DNA of 64,000 nucleotides, taken from assembly GCA_963735595.1 (NCBI GenBank), contig CAVTLK010000004.1:288001-352000 (forward strand), written 5' to 3'. This DNA is from an uncultured delta proteobacterium. Its GTDB lineage: Bacteria; Desulfobacterota; Zymogenia; Zymogenales; Zymogenaceae. The position numbers and the translations under genes are program-made. The notes under the pieces are model-generated. The model saw only the letters and a program-made list of their open reading frames with translations. It made no database searches and was not told where the DNA came from. Each line of letters starts with the position of its first letter. Position 1 is the first letter of the stretch. Shown here in pieces: positions 41,712 to 53,629 of this stretch.

Positions 41712-43176
41712 ATGCCGAAAAAGACCGAAAAACCGGCCCCCCAATCACCTCTCTCCAAACTCCCCGCGGTGGACAAGCTTCTGTCTCATCCGCACGTCAG
41801 GGAGCTTTCGGAGCGGTTTCCCGCGATGGTGGTCAAACAGGCCGTTCGGGAAGCGGTATCCGACGCCCGCAGGCAGCTCAAGGAACAGCCCGCGTCCGAC
41901 GTGATTGCCGAGCCGGCCCTCCTTTCACTGATCGAGGAGTGGCTGCTGATGTCGATCACGCCGCGGCTCGTGCCGGTTATCAACGCAACCGGGATCATCC
42001 TCCATACCAACCTCGGACGGGCGCCGCTGGCTAACGAGGCGCTCGATCATGTCGCGGCTATCGCCTCGGGCTATTCAAATCTCGAATTTGACCTCGACGA
42101 AGGACGGCGGGGGTCGCGCCGTGACCACCTCTCGTGCGCTGATAACCGAAATCACCGGCGCCCCGGCGTCCGTGGTCGTCAACAACAATGCCGCGGCGGT
42201 CCTTTTGGCGCTCAATACGCTGGCCGATGGTCGGGAGGTAATCGTCTCCCGGGGCGAGCTTGTGGAGATCGGCGGCGCGTTCAGGATTCCCGACGTGATG
42301 GAAAAGAGCGGCGCCCGCCTGCGCGAGGTGGGGGCGACCAACCGGACGAGGCTTTCCGACTACGAACGCGCCATCGGCTCCCAGACGGGGCTGCTGTTGA
42401 AGGTTCATACATCGAACTACCGGATCGTCGGGTTTACCGAGGAGGTCACCGCAGCCGAGCTTGTCGCCCTCGGAAAGCGGTACGACGTGCCGGTCATGGA
42501 GGACCTCGGCAGCGGCTCGATTATCGACCTGACCCCCTGGGGGCTCCCCCACGAGCCGACCGTCCCGGAGGTGGTCTCGTCGGGCGTTGATATTATCACG
42601 TTCTCCGGGGATAAGCTGCTGGGCGGGGGGCAGGCCGGCTTCGTCATCGGGGCGCTCGATTACGTCGAGCGGGTCGCGAAAAACCCCCTGTACCGGGCCA
42701 TGCGCGTCGATAAGATGACGCTGGCCGCTGTCGAATCGACCCTCATGCTGTACCGCGACCCGAACGAGGCCCGGCAAAAGATCCCCGTCGTCAGGATGAT
42801 CACGATGTCCTACGACGAGACGAAGCGGCGTGCGCAGGGCATCGTTCGGCAGCTCAACCGGGAGCCCCACCCGAACCACGACGTCACCACCGTGGACGAC
42901 GTCTCCGGAGTCGGCGGCGGGGCCTTCCCAACTTCCGAACTGCCCGGCCGGGTGGTTACGATCATCCCGCTGGCCGAGAGCCCCGTCAGGCTCGAGGAGC
43001 GCCTGCGCCGGCAACCGGTCCCTATCGTGGCCCGGATTGCCCATGAACGACTGATCCTGGACCCCCGTACAATCACCGACCGCCAGATGCCGGACCTGAT
43101 CCGGGGGACGGCGGCCGCGCTGCGGGGGGAGACGGGATCCCGGCATAGCAACAGACCCGAAAAAGACAGTGTGTGA
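41712..43176 (+). CDS. selA: L-seryl-tRNA(Sec) selenium transferase (frameshift at ~42133)
   Basis: VINATGIILHTNLGRAPL, YSNLE, VNNNAAA, SRGELVEIGG.FRIP, VHTSNY, EDLGSG, FSGDKLLGG. Confidence 0.95.
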
Positions 43177-43187
43177 GGAGGAGTGCG

Positions 43188-43442
43188 ATGTCCGAAGAGG
43201 TAATGGTTGGAGAGGTCATCAAGTTTTTTGCCAAGCCGTCCGTTGCGGCGATAAAGGTAACCGGCCCCATCAAGGTCGGCGATGAGCTCCATTTCAAGGG
43301 CGCCACGACCGATTTTACCGGGGTGGTGGCCTCGATGCAGATCGATAACGCCGAGGTGACGGACGTCCGGTCGGGGGCGCTGGTAGGGATAAAGATCGCC
43401 GACAAGGTCCGACCGGGGGATCACGTTTTTAAAAAGCCATAG
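43188..43442 (+). CDS. Small translation-factor domain II-like beta-barrel protein
   Basis: VG.V..FF.K.SVA, IKVGD.L.FKG.TTDF...V.SMQID, VGIK..KVR.GD.V. Confidence 0.75.
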   Translation: MSEEVMVGEVIKFFAKPSVAAIKVTGPIKVGDELHFKGATTDFTGVVASMQIDNAEVTDVRSGALVGIKIADKVRPGDHVFKKP

Positions 43443-43443
43443 C

Positions 43444-44338
43444 GTGAAGACTATGCTCATCGAAATCAAGGGCCTGCACCACGTGTTTTTCCCGGGGACG
43501 CCCCTTCAAAAGGCCGCGCTGTCGGGGATTGACCTTGCAATCGACCGGGGCGAGTTCATCGCCCTTATCGGCCGGACCGGCTCGGGAAAGACGACGCTGG
43601 CCCTTTCCCTCAACGGGCTGTTGATCCCGACCAAGGGCAGCGTCCGCGTCGGCGACATCGAGGTCAAACCCTCGACAAAGAAGACCGCGCGGCTCCGGGA
43701 TCGGGTGGGGCTGGTCTTCCAGTACCCGGAGCACCAGCTCTTTGAGGAGACGGTCATGGCCGAGATATCGTTCGGCCTCGTGAACCGGGGGGGGCTTTCC
43801 GAAGACGAAATCCGTACCCGGGTCTACGGGGCCGCGCGCCTGGTAAACCTTGACCTCGACCGATTGGCCGACCGCTCGCCGTTTACCCTGTCGGGGGGCG
43901 AGCAGCGCAAGGTCGCCATAGCTTCGATTATCTCCATGGACCCGGATATCCTGGTTTTCGACGAGCCGACCCAGGGGCTGGACTCCCGTTCACGCACCGA
44001 GACGCTGCAGAAATATCAAGGAACTCAACGGCCGGGGAAAGACCGTTATCATCATCTCGCACGACATGGAAGAGATCATCCGGGTGGCCGATCGGATCAT
44101 TATCCTTGACCGGGGTAAAATTGTCCTGGATCGCTCGCCCAAGGCGCTCTTTGACGACCCGAAGGCCCTGAATACGGCGCGGCCGTTTTTGCCCGATGTC
44201 ACCCAGTTATTAATCGGTTTGAAGGAGAAGGGATGGGATATCAAGACAAATACCTATCGTTCGGACCGGGCGCTGAGCGAGATATTGTCCGCCCTCGGCC
44301 CCGACGCGCCGGAAGGGCGCGGGAGGATACGCGCATGA
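43444..44338 (+). CDS. ECF transporter ATPase EcfA2 (frameshift at ~44010)
   Basis: GTP....AL, GRTGSGKT, FQYPEHQLFEETV, SPF.LSGGEQR, DEPT. Confidence 0.88.
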
Positions 44339-44933
44339 GCGGCATCCGGCGTCTCTCGTACGTCCTGCTGATATCGGCTGCCGCGATGCTCTGGGGGTGC
44401 CATGCGGCGCCGCCCGAGGGAGAGGGAACGCCCGCGAAGGGCGGCGTTTTCGCCGACGTGATCGCGGCCGTCGAAACGGTCAATACATCCATACCCGATC
44501 CCGGAGAGCGTGACTCCGACGTGCCGCGCGGCGAATGGAAGCTCATCCTGGACGCGCGGCAGCGATTCACGGTGCCCCGCATCGTGTCCGACTACTCCGC
44601 GGAGACCGATTACTACGAACCCGAGGAGGCGGATACGGCGGGCAGTACGGACATGACACGGGGGGACGCACTAGACGTTATCCTTGACGCCGAGTGGGAC
44701 GAGTATACGACGCCTCTCGAACTCGGTTCTTTCCGAGACGGCCGACCCGCAGCTGGTAAAGGTACGCCGAGGAATCGCTCGCGGATTTCTACCGGGACCT
44801 GCCGATCCTGATGGACGCGGTACCGGACACGATGAGGGAGCGGGTGCTCCATATCGTCGTGTTGAGGTATTTCAATACGATCCTGCGGGCGGGGGTGGAC
44901 CCCCGTCTCTATACGCTCATGCAACCCCGCTAA
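44335..44933 (+). CDS. Hypothetical lipoprotein (frameshifts at ~44725-44780)
   Basis: Lipobox LWGC; coding-like continuation DFYRDLPIL..QPR* in another frame. Confidence 0.55.
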
Positions 44934-44962
44934 AAAAGGCCGGGGACAATAGGGAGCACGTC

Positions 44963-46726
44963 ATGCGACAAAGAATCCGGATTTCGGCAATCGCCCTGGG
45001 CGTAGTGGTCGCGGTCGCGATGAGCATTACGCTCGTAATGAGCCTCGGGGACGCCCGGGCGGAAGCCCCCGACGAGCTTCTCGGGCTCGTCCCCGAAAAC
45101 GTCGAGTCCCTTATCTATCTGCGCGACCTGAGACAGGGGCTCTCGCCGTTTCTCGGGAGCGACTATTATGACGAGGTGAGCGACCTTTCCGTCTTCGACG
45201 GTCCGTTCAAGAGCGATCTCTCAGCGCCGCTCCTCACAAAACTCGGCGATTTTGAAAAATCGACGGGCATCCGTCCGACACCGCGCCGGGTGTTGTGGAT
45301 GGTCGGCAAACGGGCCATCTTTTTTACCACGAGACTGCCTTCCGGCACGGCCTCGGCGGGGATAATCGAGACGGGATTTCTCAAGCGTCTGGTCATCAGC
45401 GCCGCCTCGATCTTTTCGGGCGGCGTCGCCAAGGAGGACTGGGGGACCTATTCGGTCTGGGTGGTCACGGCCGGCGGCAAGCATATATATTACAAATCGA
45501 CAAAACAATACACGGTCTTTTCCGATTCGGCAGAGCTGTTCAAGAGCCAGTGGGAGATAGTATCGGGAAGCGGTTCCGCCGCGATCACGAATAACCCCCG
45601 TTTCACGGGTCTCCTCTCACGTTTGCCCGGCCAGTACCACATCCTCTACTACTCGACGAGCGTCATGAACCCTGATCCCGAAAAGAAGGGGCTCCGGGCG
45701 CGGATGGTGCGGCTGTTGAAAGGTACGGACGCGGTAGCGGCCACAATATCCTTTACCGAGACGGGGCTTGACGCCTCGGTCCTGGCCCCGTACGGTACGG
45801 CGGAGGACGCTGCCGACCTTATGGCCCTCGGGATGCTTACCGATACGCCGTTGATCGACCTCGGGCAGATCCCGGGGGAAACGGCGGGCCTGATCGTCTT
45901 TCGGGCCTTCGACCCGGGTATCGTCTACACGCACTTTTCAAAGAGCTGGTTCGGGGACGTTACCGAGCGGATCGCCTATATCTCCGTGCTCAAGACGTGG
46001 AAAGAGAAGGGGGGATTCGATCTCGAGGGAGGCATCATCAACAACCTCGGCAGGGGTGCGACGGCGGCGCTCGTCGGCCTCGGCTGGGAGGCCCAAAAGC
46101 CGCACCTGAAGGTGATAGCCTCCGTGGGCGTGAAGCCGGGCGGCGAGGCCGCGCTCGCGGAAAACCTCTCCAAGTTCTTCGCCTATTCGTTTTTCGATGC
46201 CGGCCCCCAGGTCATTACCCTGGATAATGCCACGCTGTCGTACATGGGCGGTTTCCGTGAAAAGAGCATCAATTGGAACGGCTCCGAATATGACGTTTCC
46301 GTAAAGGCAAACCCGGGATTCGGATTCTGGGGAGGGAGGCTTTTTCTGTTCTGGGATCTCTCGGCGGTCCAGCGGCTCGTCGACAACGCCGCGCTCTCGT
46401 CGATGAAGGAGGCGGGAAACCTCTTTGACCGGGACTTCCTCATTAAATCGGCGGCGTTTATCGAGGCCCAAAAGAAGATCCCCGCCGACAATTACGATCT
46501 CTACGGCTATGTTGACGGGAACAACGCGGTCTCGCTCCTGGAGGATTACCTGGTCAATCTCTCGGCCAACTATACCTATTTTCTCTATCAGGATTCGGAA
46601 AAGCGGCTGCTGCCGCTTCTGGAACTGACGCGGCACGCGTTTGTCTCATGTTCCGGGGGCATTAACTTCTCGGGTGACGCCATAGAAGGCACGGTTACGC
46701 TCACGGCAAAAGACCTCGATGAATAG
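44963..46726 (+). CDS. Exported/membrane-anchored hypothetical protein (position analogous to YfaA/MagB)
   Basis: N-terminal TM/signal, L..VP....L beta-rich body; overlaps the DUF1175 gene. Confidence 0.7.
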   Translation: MRQRIRISAIALGVVVAVAMSITLVMSLGDARAEAPDELLGLVPENVESLIYLRDLRQGLSPFLGSDYYDEVSDLSVFDGPFKSDLSAPLLTKLGDFEKSTGIRPTPRRVLWMVGKRAIFFTTRLPSGTASAGIIETGFLKRLVISAASIFSGGVAKEDWGTYSVWVVTAGGKHIYYKSTKQYTVFSDSAELFKSQWEIVSGSGSAAITNNPRFTGLLSRLPGQYHILYYSTSVMNPDPEKKGLRARMVRLLKGTDAVAATISFTETGLDASVLAPYGTAEDAADLMALGMLTDTPLIDLGQIPGETAGLIVFRAFDPGIVYTHFSKSWFGDVTERIAYISVLKTWKEKGGFDLEGGIINNLGRGATAALVGLGWEAQKPHLKVIASVGVKPGGEAALAENLSKFFAYSFFDAGPQVITLDNATLSYMGGFREKSINWNGSEYDVSVKANPGFGFWGGRLFLFWDLSAVQRLVDNAALSSMKEAGNLFDRDFLIKSAAFIEAQKKIPADNYDLYGYVDGNNAVSLLEDYLVNLSANYTYFLYQDSEKRLLPLLELTRHAFVSCSGGINFSGDAIEGTVTLTAKDLDE

Positions 46727-47776
46727 GTGGGCCGGGCCGCTCCTGCTGATCGTATCGGCGGTAACGGCCATCTCGTGCGCCCGGCCGACCGATATAACCG
46801 TCACTCCTTCAAAGGAATAGGCTTTCGGCGAACAAGGAAGACACCGTGGAGATCGCCATTAACGCGGTGACGGAGGCCGGAACCCCCGTCCGCAGGTACG
46901 ACGGGCCGGTAACGGTGACCCTTTCCGGCCCCGCGGTGACCATGACGGAGGGCGGGCCGATCCTGTTCCACAATGGGGCGGCGGCGGCGCGTCTTATTTC
47001 GACGTTCGAGACCGGCACCCTTTACGTTACGGCCGAGGTGCCGGGGCTTGACCCCGGACGGGCGACGATCGACGTCGTCGGTGACTACCGGGATCGGGAC
47101 GAGGACGGCTTCCCGGACGTGACCGAGCTCTTCGGGGATACCGACCGGCTCAACTTCAGGCGCTGGTTTTGCGCCGTGGCAGAATCCCAGGTGTTCGAGG
47201 AAAACCGGCGCTGGGATGAGCTCAACCGGGACTGTGCGGGCCTGGTGCGGTTTGCCTATATCGAGGCCCTCAAGCCGCACGACGACGCGTTTTTCGCGTC
47301 GTACGCCACGCTGGTTTCGCCGGCCAGCCCGGACGTGAAGAGGTACGCGTATCCCGACGTGCCGCTCCTGGGAACGGCGGTCTTTCGCACGTCGCCGGGC
47401 GCGTTTACGCCCGACGATATCGGCCTCAACTTTTCTGCGGCGGGCACGGCCGAGGCGCTGCTCCAGTATAACGTCGTCTTTCTGGGACGCACCGAGCGTG
47501 ACGTGCTTCCGGGAGATCTCTTGTTCTTTTTCAACCCGGATAACCCGCGGATGCCGTCCCATACGATGATCTACCTGGGCGAGTGGGGAAGAGAGGCCGA
47601 TGACGACGAGAACGAGGACTGGCTGGTCTACCACACCGGCCCGAGGACGAACGACCGGGGCCAGGTGCGAAAGGTGAGGCTGGCCACGCTCAAGGTAGCA
47701 CCCGGACGAGCGGTGGCGGCCGGTGACGGAAAACGACCATTTTCTCGGATACTATCGGCTCAAGATACTGGATTGA
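46719..47776 (+). CDS. DUF1175 (YfaT-like, NlpC/P60-type) lipoprotein (two frameshifts)
   Basis: Lipobox AISC; FRRWF, RDCAGLVRFAY.EAL, PGDLLFF, HTMIY, YHTG, W.P...N..FLG.YR. Confidence 0.85.
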
Positions 47777-47960
47777 AGCCCGTGTCCCCTTTCGAGAGAG
47801 GACGTCGAGAGGGACGTATCACAAAGCGCCGGGGGCGCCGACAGGCGGGGCCTGCCGGTGGTCCTGAGGTACACGGGCAGACTTCGGCTCATCCACGCGG
47901 CCCCTGCGGCCGGTAGCAGTGGATAGATATATAACGGCATACCTATCGACGAGGGAAATC

Positions 47961-50900
47961 ATGAAAAAGTCCCTTATCCTTACCGTCGTGCTTTCTTTGG
48001 CTCTTCCGGCCGTGTCTCGGCGGCTCCTTCGAGCTTTCCACCGACAAGATCTTCGCCCCCGGCGAGCCGGTCTCGGTCACGGTGTCGGCCATGGATATCC
48101 CGACGCTGGATATCCGGCTCTACCGGGTCGACGACCCGAAGTCCTACTTCCTGGGGCTCTGAGGACGTCCACTCGCCGGAGGTCGAGTTACCAGGCGCGG
48201 ACGTATCCTCCCCCTCGGAGATGGTGGGCGCGGTCAAGCGCAAGGCCGGGCGGCTGTTGAGGGACGATTACCGGGGCAAGCTCACCGATAACATCCGCAA
48301 CGACATGGTGTCGGCCCTGGGCCTGCCCCACGCCTCGGAGCCGGACAGCCCCGCCCCCGGAAAGCTACGAGCTCTTCCCGATCCTGAAGCGCTTCAACTT
48401 CCTGAACCGCTGGCAGGAAAACCTCGTTATTTCACGTTCCGGCCAGTGGCAGTATCACACGATTAACCTGAATATCCCCGAGATCGGCTGCTATCTTGTC
48501 GAGGCGGTCTACCAGGACGAGGTGGCCTATACGATGGTGGTGGTTACCCCGATGTCGTTCGTCGTCAAGAATTCGTCCTCCGACAGCCTTATCTACGTGG
48601 CCGACCGCGTGAGCGGAAAGCCGATGCGGGGCGTCAAGGTCTCGGTCTACGACCAGAAGAAAGACCTCCTCTTTAAGGGCACGACCGACTCGGAAGGGAC
48701 CTACTACTCGAAGGTGAAGACGGGCGATTCCAACACGATCTACGTCTTCGCCGAGGACGGCGAGAGCTTCACGCTGGCAGATCCCTATGCCTACTGGTGG
48801 GACGATCGGCCGACGATAAGGTCTATACCTACACCGACCGGCCCGTCTATCGTCCCGGAGACACGGTCTTTTTCCGCTCCATCCTGAGGGAATCGACCGA
48901 CTCGGGGCTCAAGGTCCCCGACCGGGGCGACGACTACCTGGTTATCATCAACGACGCCAAGGGCAACGAGGTCTTCAGGGACGAGCTTCCGATCACCGAA
49001 TACGGGAGCCTGGCCGGCACATTACGTCCTGGGCGGCGAGCCCTCTCTCGGGGAGTACCAGATCGTCGTGGGCCTAAACGGCCAGAATTACTACAGCCGA
49101 TTTAAAGTCGAGGAATACAAGAAGCCGGAGTACGAGGTCAAGGTCAACACGGATAAGGGCGTCTATATCCGGGGCGAGACGATCCGTGCCGATATCGACG
49201 CGGGATACTATTTCGGCAGCCCCGTATCGGAGGCGAAGGTCGACTATACGATTTACCGGTCTGTCTACGAGCGCCCCTGGTGGTGGGGGTACGACTGGGG
49301 CTGGTATTTCATGGACTCCGACTACTACTATGCCCATGATAAGGTCATGGTGGACAGCGGCACGACGGCCCTGGATAACCAGGGTAAGCTCATGCTGACG
49401 GTTGATACATCTCAATATCTCGAATCGGCCGATAAAGATTATATGTTTACCATCGAGGCCTCCGTCACCGATCTCTCCCGCCGAGTGGTCACGACAAGCT
49501 CGGTGGTCAAGGTCGTCCGCTCCTCTTATTCGCTGTAACGGTTCGCCCGGACCGGTGGATCTACGCCCCCGGCGACACGGCGCGCGTGACCGTTACCGTC
49601 TCCGACTTCGACAACAACGGGATCGCCGGCGTCCCGGTACCGTGATCGTACGGTGACCGACTGGAGGACAACGTCGCCCCCGCATCGATGACGCTTACCG
49701 GTATCACCAACGTCGGCGGGGACGCCGTTATTGAATATCCCGTCGAAGACGTGGGCGATCTCACCTTTGTCGCCACGGTCTTCGATAAGGCGGGCAACAG
49801 CACCACCGCCAGGGACAGCTCCTACTCGATTACCGAGGGATATGCCTACGGGGGGGATTCGGGGGGCGGAGTTTCCATCGTCCCCGACAAGCACACCTAT
49901 GCCGTCGGCGATACGGCGCATGTCCTGATCGCAGCGCCGGTTACCGATACGTATCTCCTGGTTACAACCGAGGGGGAGGCGATCTACGACAGCAGGGTCG
50001 TAAAGATCACCGGCGGTTCGACGATGATCGATCTCCCCATCAAGGAGCGGTACGCGCCGAACATCTACATCTCGGTCTCGGCGATCTTTAACGATGAGCT
50101 CTACACCGAGAATAAGAACATCATCATCCCGCCGATCGAGAAATTCGTCACCATCGAGGTTACCTCCAACAAGGCGGTATACGAGCCCCAGGAAAAGGGG
50201 ACCTTCACTATCAAAACGACAGACGACAAGGGCAAACCCGTGACCGCGGAGGTCTCGTTGGGCATCGTCGACGACGCGATCTACGCCATCTCGCCGGAGC
50301 TGGTCGACGAGATACAGAAGTATTTCTATAGCCTCCGCTACCACTCGGTGGATACGTCTTCGTCGCTCTACTTCCGTTTCTACGGGTATTCCCACCGTAA
50401 GGGGCTTTTGGCGGGGCTCCCCGAAAAGGAGACGAAGCTCGCCGACTTCAAGGGGGACAGCCTCGTGGAGCCGGTGATCCGAAAGGATTTCAAGGATACG
50501 ATGTACTGGTCGCCCACCATCACCACCGACAGGGACGGCACGGCCACGATCAGCGTGAGTTTCCCGGATAACCTGACGCGCTGGCGGGCGACGGTGCGGG
50601 GGATTACCGGCGGCGATATGATGGGACAGGTGACCTACACCGTCATCAGCAGGAAGGACCTTCTGGTCAGGATAGAGTCGCCTCGGTTCTTCCGGCAGGG
50701 GGACGACCTGGTGATCTCCACGATCGCCCATAACTATCTCTCCACCGACAAGAACGTCCGATTCACCTTCGAGGCCAAGGGGCTCACGCTCATATCCGGC
50801 AAACCGGTCGACGCAATCGTCCCGAAAAACGGCGAAAAACGGATCGACTGGCACGTCAGGGCCGATCTCGTTGGGGAGGCGACCCTCACGGCCAAGGCGA

Positions 50901-52607
50901 TGACCAACGAGGTCTCCGACGGTATGGAGCTGACTATACCCGTGCTGCCGATGGGCGTCAGGGAGACGAGGAGCGAGGTGGGCGAGATCATCAAGGAATC
51001 GGGCACGATTACCGTAAAGGTGGATAAGCCGGCCTCCACGATAAAGAACGCCGCCGAGCTTGTCCTGACGACAAGCCCCACGCTCGCCAATACGATGCTT
51101 GCCGCCATACCATTTCTGGTCGGCTACCCATACGGCTGAAACGAGCAGGTAATGGCAAGGTTCTTGCCATCAATCATGGTTGGTTCGGTACTGAAGAAGC
51201 TTGATCTGAGCGAAAAGAGCATCGAGAAGGACCTCCCCGACTACATCAACAGCGGGCTCATGGTTCTGTATAAACGGCAGCACGACGACAACGGCTGGGG
51301 GTGGTATGAGTTCGACGAGACCGACCCCTATATGACGGCCTACGTCCTGTACGGCCTCCTGGAGGCAAAACGGATGCTGCCGGAGGCGGGTATCCCCATC
51401 ACGGTCGACGAGGGGGTAATCAAGCGGGGGACGGCCTCTCTCATCACCCAGCTTCCCTCGATAGAGGAGGACTCGGTCAGGGTCTATGCCCTGTACGTCC
51501 TCTCCCACACCGACAAGCTCAAGCTGACCTGGCTTGACGAGATGTTTGAGAAACGGGCCAAGCTCACCTCGATCTCCAAGGCGATGCTGCTATTGGCCTA
51601 CGAGAACAAGGGTGTCGAGGGAAAGGCGAAGGTCCTTTACGACGAGCTGATGAAGGAAAAGGTCGAATCCAACGGAATGGTCCACTGGGGATACACCGGC
51701 GAGCAATTCTACTGGTGGGATTGGGAGGCCGATCCGCTCGAGACGACGGCCTATATGCTCCGGGTCATGGCCAAGCGCGACATAGACAACCCCTTGATCC
51801 CCAAGACGATCCGCTGGCTCATCGTCAACCGAACGGGAAGCTACTGGCGGTCAACCAAGGTCACCGGGAAGATCATCTACGCGCTGACCGATTACCTCAC
51901 CCGGACGGGAGAGACCTCGCCGAATTACACCCTGACCGTTACCCTCAACGGTAAGGATATTAAGAAGAGTAAGATCACCAAGGATACGATGATCTCTGAA
52001 GCGGGATCGATCACGATCCGGGAAGCCGACCTGAAGACCGGGACGAACACGATCGAGTTCAAGAAGGACGGGCCGGGCAGCCTCTATTATTCGTCAGGCT
52101 TTACCTACTACACCGCGGCCGACCGCATCGATCCGAAGAACAACGGGTTCGAGGTGAAACGGAAATATTACCTCCTCAAGCGGGTGGCGAAGAAGGGCGA
52201 GCTGATTTACGCCAAGGAACCCCTGACCGGGCCCGTCACGAGCGGGGACGAGATCCTCGTGGAGCTGACCGTCACCAACGACAAGGACGTGAAATACTTC
52301 CTGCTGGAAGACTACTTCCCGGCCGGGTGCGAGGCCGTTACGGACGATGCGAACTACGTTATCTCCGGCGACGATCTCTACACCGGCGACGCCTACTGGT
52401 GGTACGCGGGCAAGGAATACCGCGACGAGCGGATTGCCCTCTCAATGGAATACTTCGGTAAAGGTACGAAGGTCTTCAAGTATATCCTGAGGGCGCAGAA
52501 TCCCGGCACCTACGGCGTGATGCCCGCCGAGGCATACCTGATGTACTTCCCCGACCGGTCTGGGACGCACGGAGAGCGCGACCATCGTCATTACCGATAC
52601 GAAGTGA
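47961..52607 (+). CDS. Bacterial alpha-2-macroglobulin with in-frame UGA (candidate Sec) at the thioester position; multiple indels
   Basis: Signal peptide; YTDRPVYRPGDTV, VEEYKKPEY, VD.AIY, RKDFKDT.YW, FPDNLTRWR, YPYG*NEQ, Q..D.GWGW, W.STK.T, LED..PAG.E, PAEA..MY.P. Confidence 0.9.
51152..51170 (+). promoter_or_regulatory. Candidate bacterial SECIS hairpin
   Basis: ATGGCAAG-GTT-CTTGCCAT perfect 8-bp stem beginning 12 nt after TGA (51137-51139); loop begins with G. Confidence 0.72.
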
Positions 52608-53629
52608 GCGGCGGGGGATGGGTGGGATTTCTTCATCGGCGGCTTGGCCCCTGGGGGGCGGCCGCCCTCTTTATCGCCGTGGTCTCCTGCTCCCCGTCTT
52701 CGGAGGCGACGCTTGACAAAGACTCCCGGCTCAGGGAGGCCGCAATCGACGCCATGGACGGCCGACCGGGGGCCGTGGTGGTCATGGACGTGGGGACGGG
52801 CAGGATCAGGGCGATGACGGGGGAAGAAACGGCGGCCGGGTGGGCTTTCCCCCCGGGGTCCCTCGTTAAGCTGGTGACCGCCTGGAAGGCGATAGAGGAG
52901 GGAACTCTTTCGGCCCGGAAAAAGGTTCGTCTGCAAGGGGAGCGCCCGCTTTTCGGGGATCGAATACCCGTGCTGGTATCCACCGGGCCACGGCGATCTC
53001 GATCTCGTCCACGGGATTGCCTATTCCTGCAACCTCTATTTCCTTTCCCTGGGCGACACGGTACCGGCCGATTCAACCTACCGCGGCCTCGTGGAGCTCG
53101 GTTTCGGACACAAGACCGGGGTCAACCTCCCCGGCGAGGTGGCGGGGAGGCGTTTCGCCGCCCGACGGACTCGGCCGCGACTATCTCATCGGAAATACCG
53201 ACTCCGTTACGGCCACGCCCGTGCAGGTGATCACATATCTTTCCGCACTGGTAAACGGCGGGAGCGTGTGGGTCCCGGCGGTAACCGGCTCGGCCGGCGA
53301 GATCGCGTCATTCAGCCCGCGGCTCGCGCTACAGGATAGATGCGTCGCGGGCGGCCCCCGTCATCGTCAAGGGAATGCGCGATGCGGCCCGCTACGGCAC
53401 CGCGACTAACGGCGGCCTAGAAGGACACGAGGTCATGGGCAAGACCGGCACGGGGACGCTCCTGGGGGTACCGTGGGAGACGCACGGCTGGTTTCTCGGA
53501 TTTGCCCCCGCCGAGGCGCCCGAGATTGCCGTCGTCGTCTTCCTCTACCGGGGAATGGGCGGGGAGGACGCGGCGCCGGTGGCCCGCGAGGTGTTCCGGG
53601 CATATTTCGAGGAAGGTGCGAACCAGTGA
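52604..53629 (+). CDS. Penicillin-binding transpeptidase-domain lipoprotein (frameshifts)
   Basis: Lipobox VVSC; PGSLVK (SxxK), SCN (SxN), GKTGTG, HGWFLGFAP. Confidence 0.82.

Noticed and set aside
48160..48162. Second TGA early in the A2M gene as another Sec codon
   Set aside because: Coding continues in a shifted frame (EDVHSPEVELPG); it is an indel product with no Cys context or hairpin.
51152..53230. A2M C-terminus fused to a transpeptidase (692-aa ORF)
   Set aside because: An indel near 52568 hides the A2M stop at 52607; the PBP has its own GTG start and lipobox.
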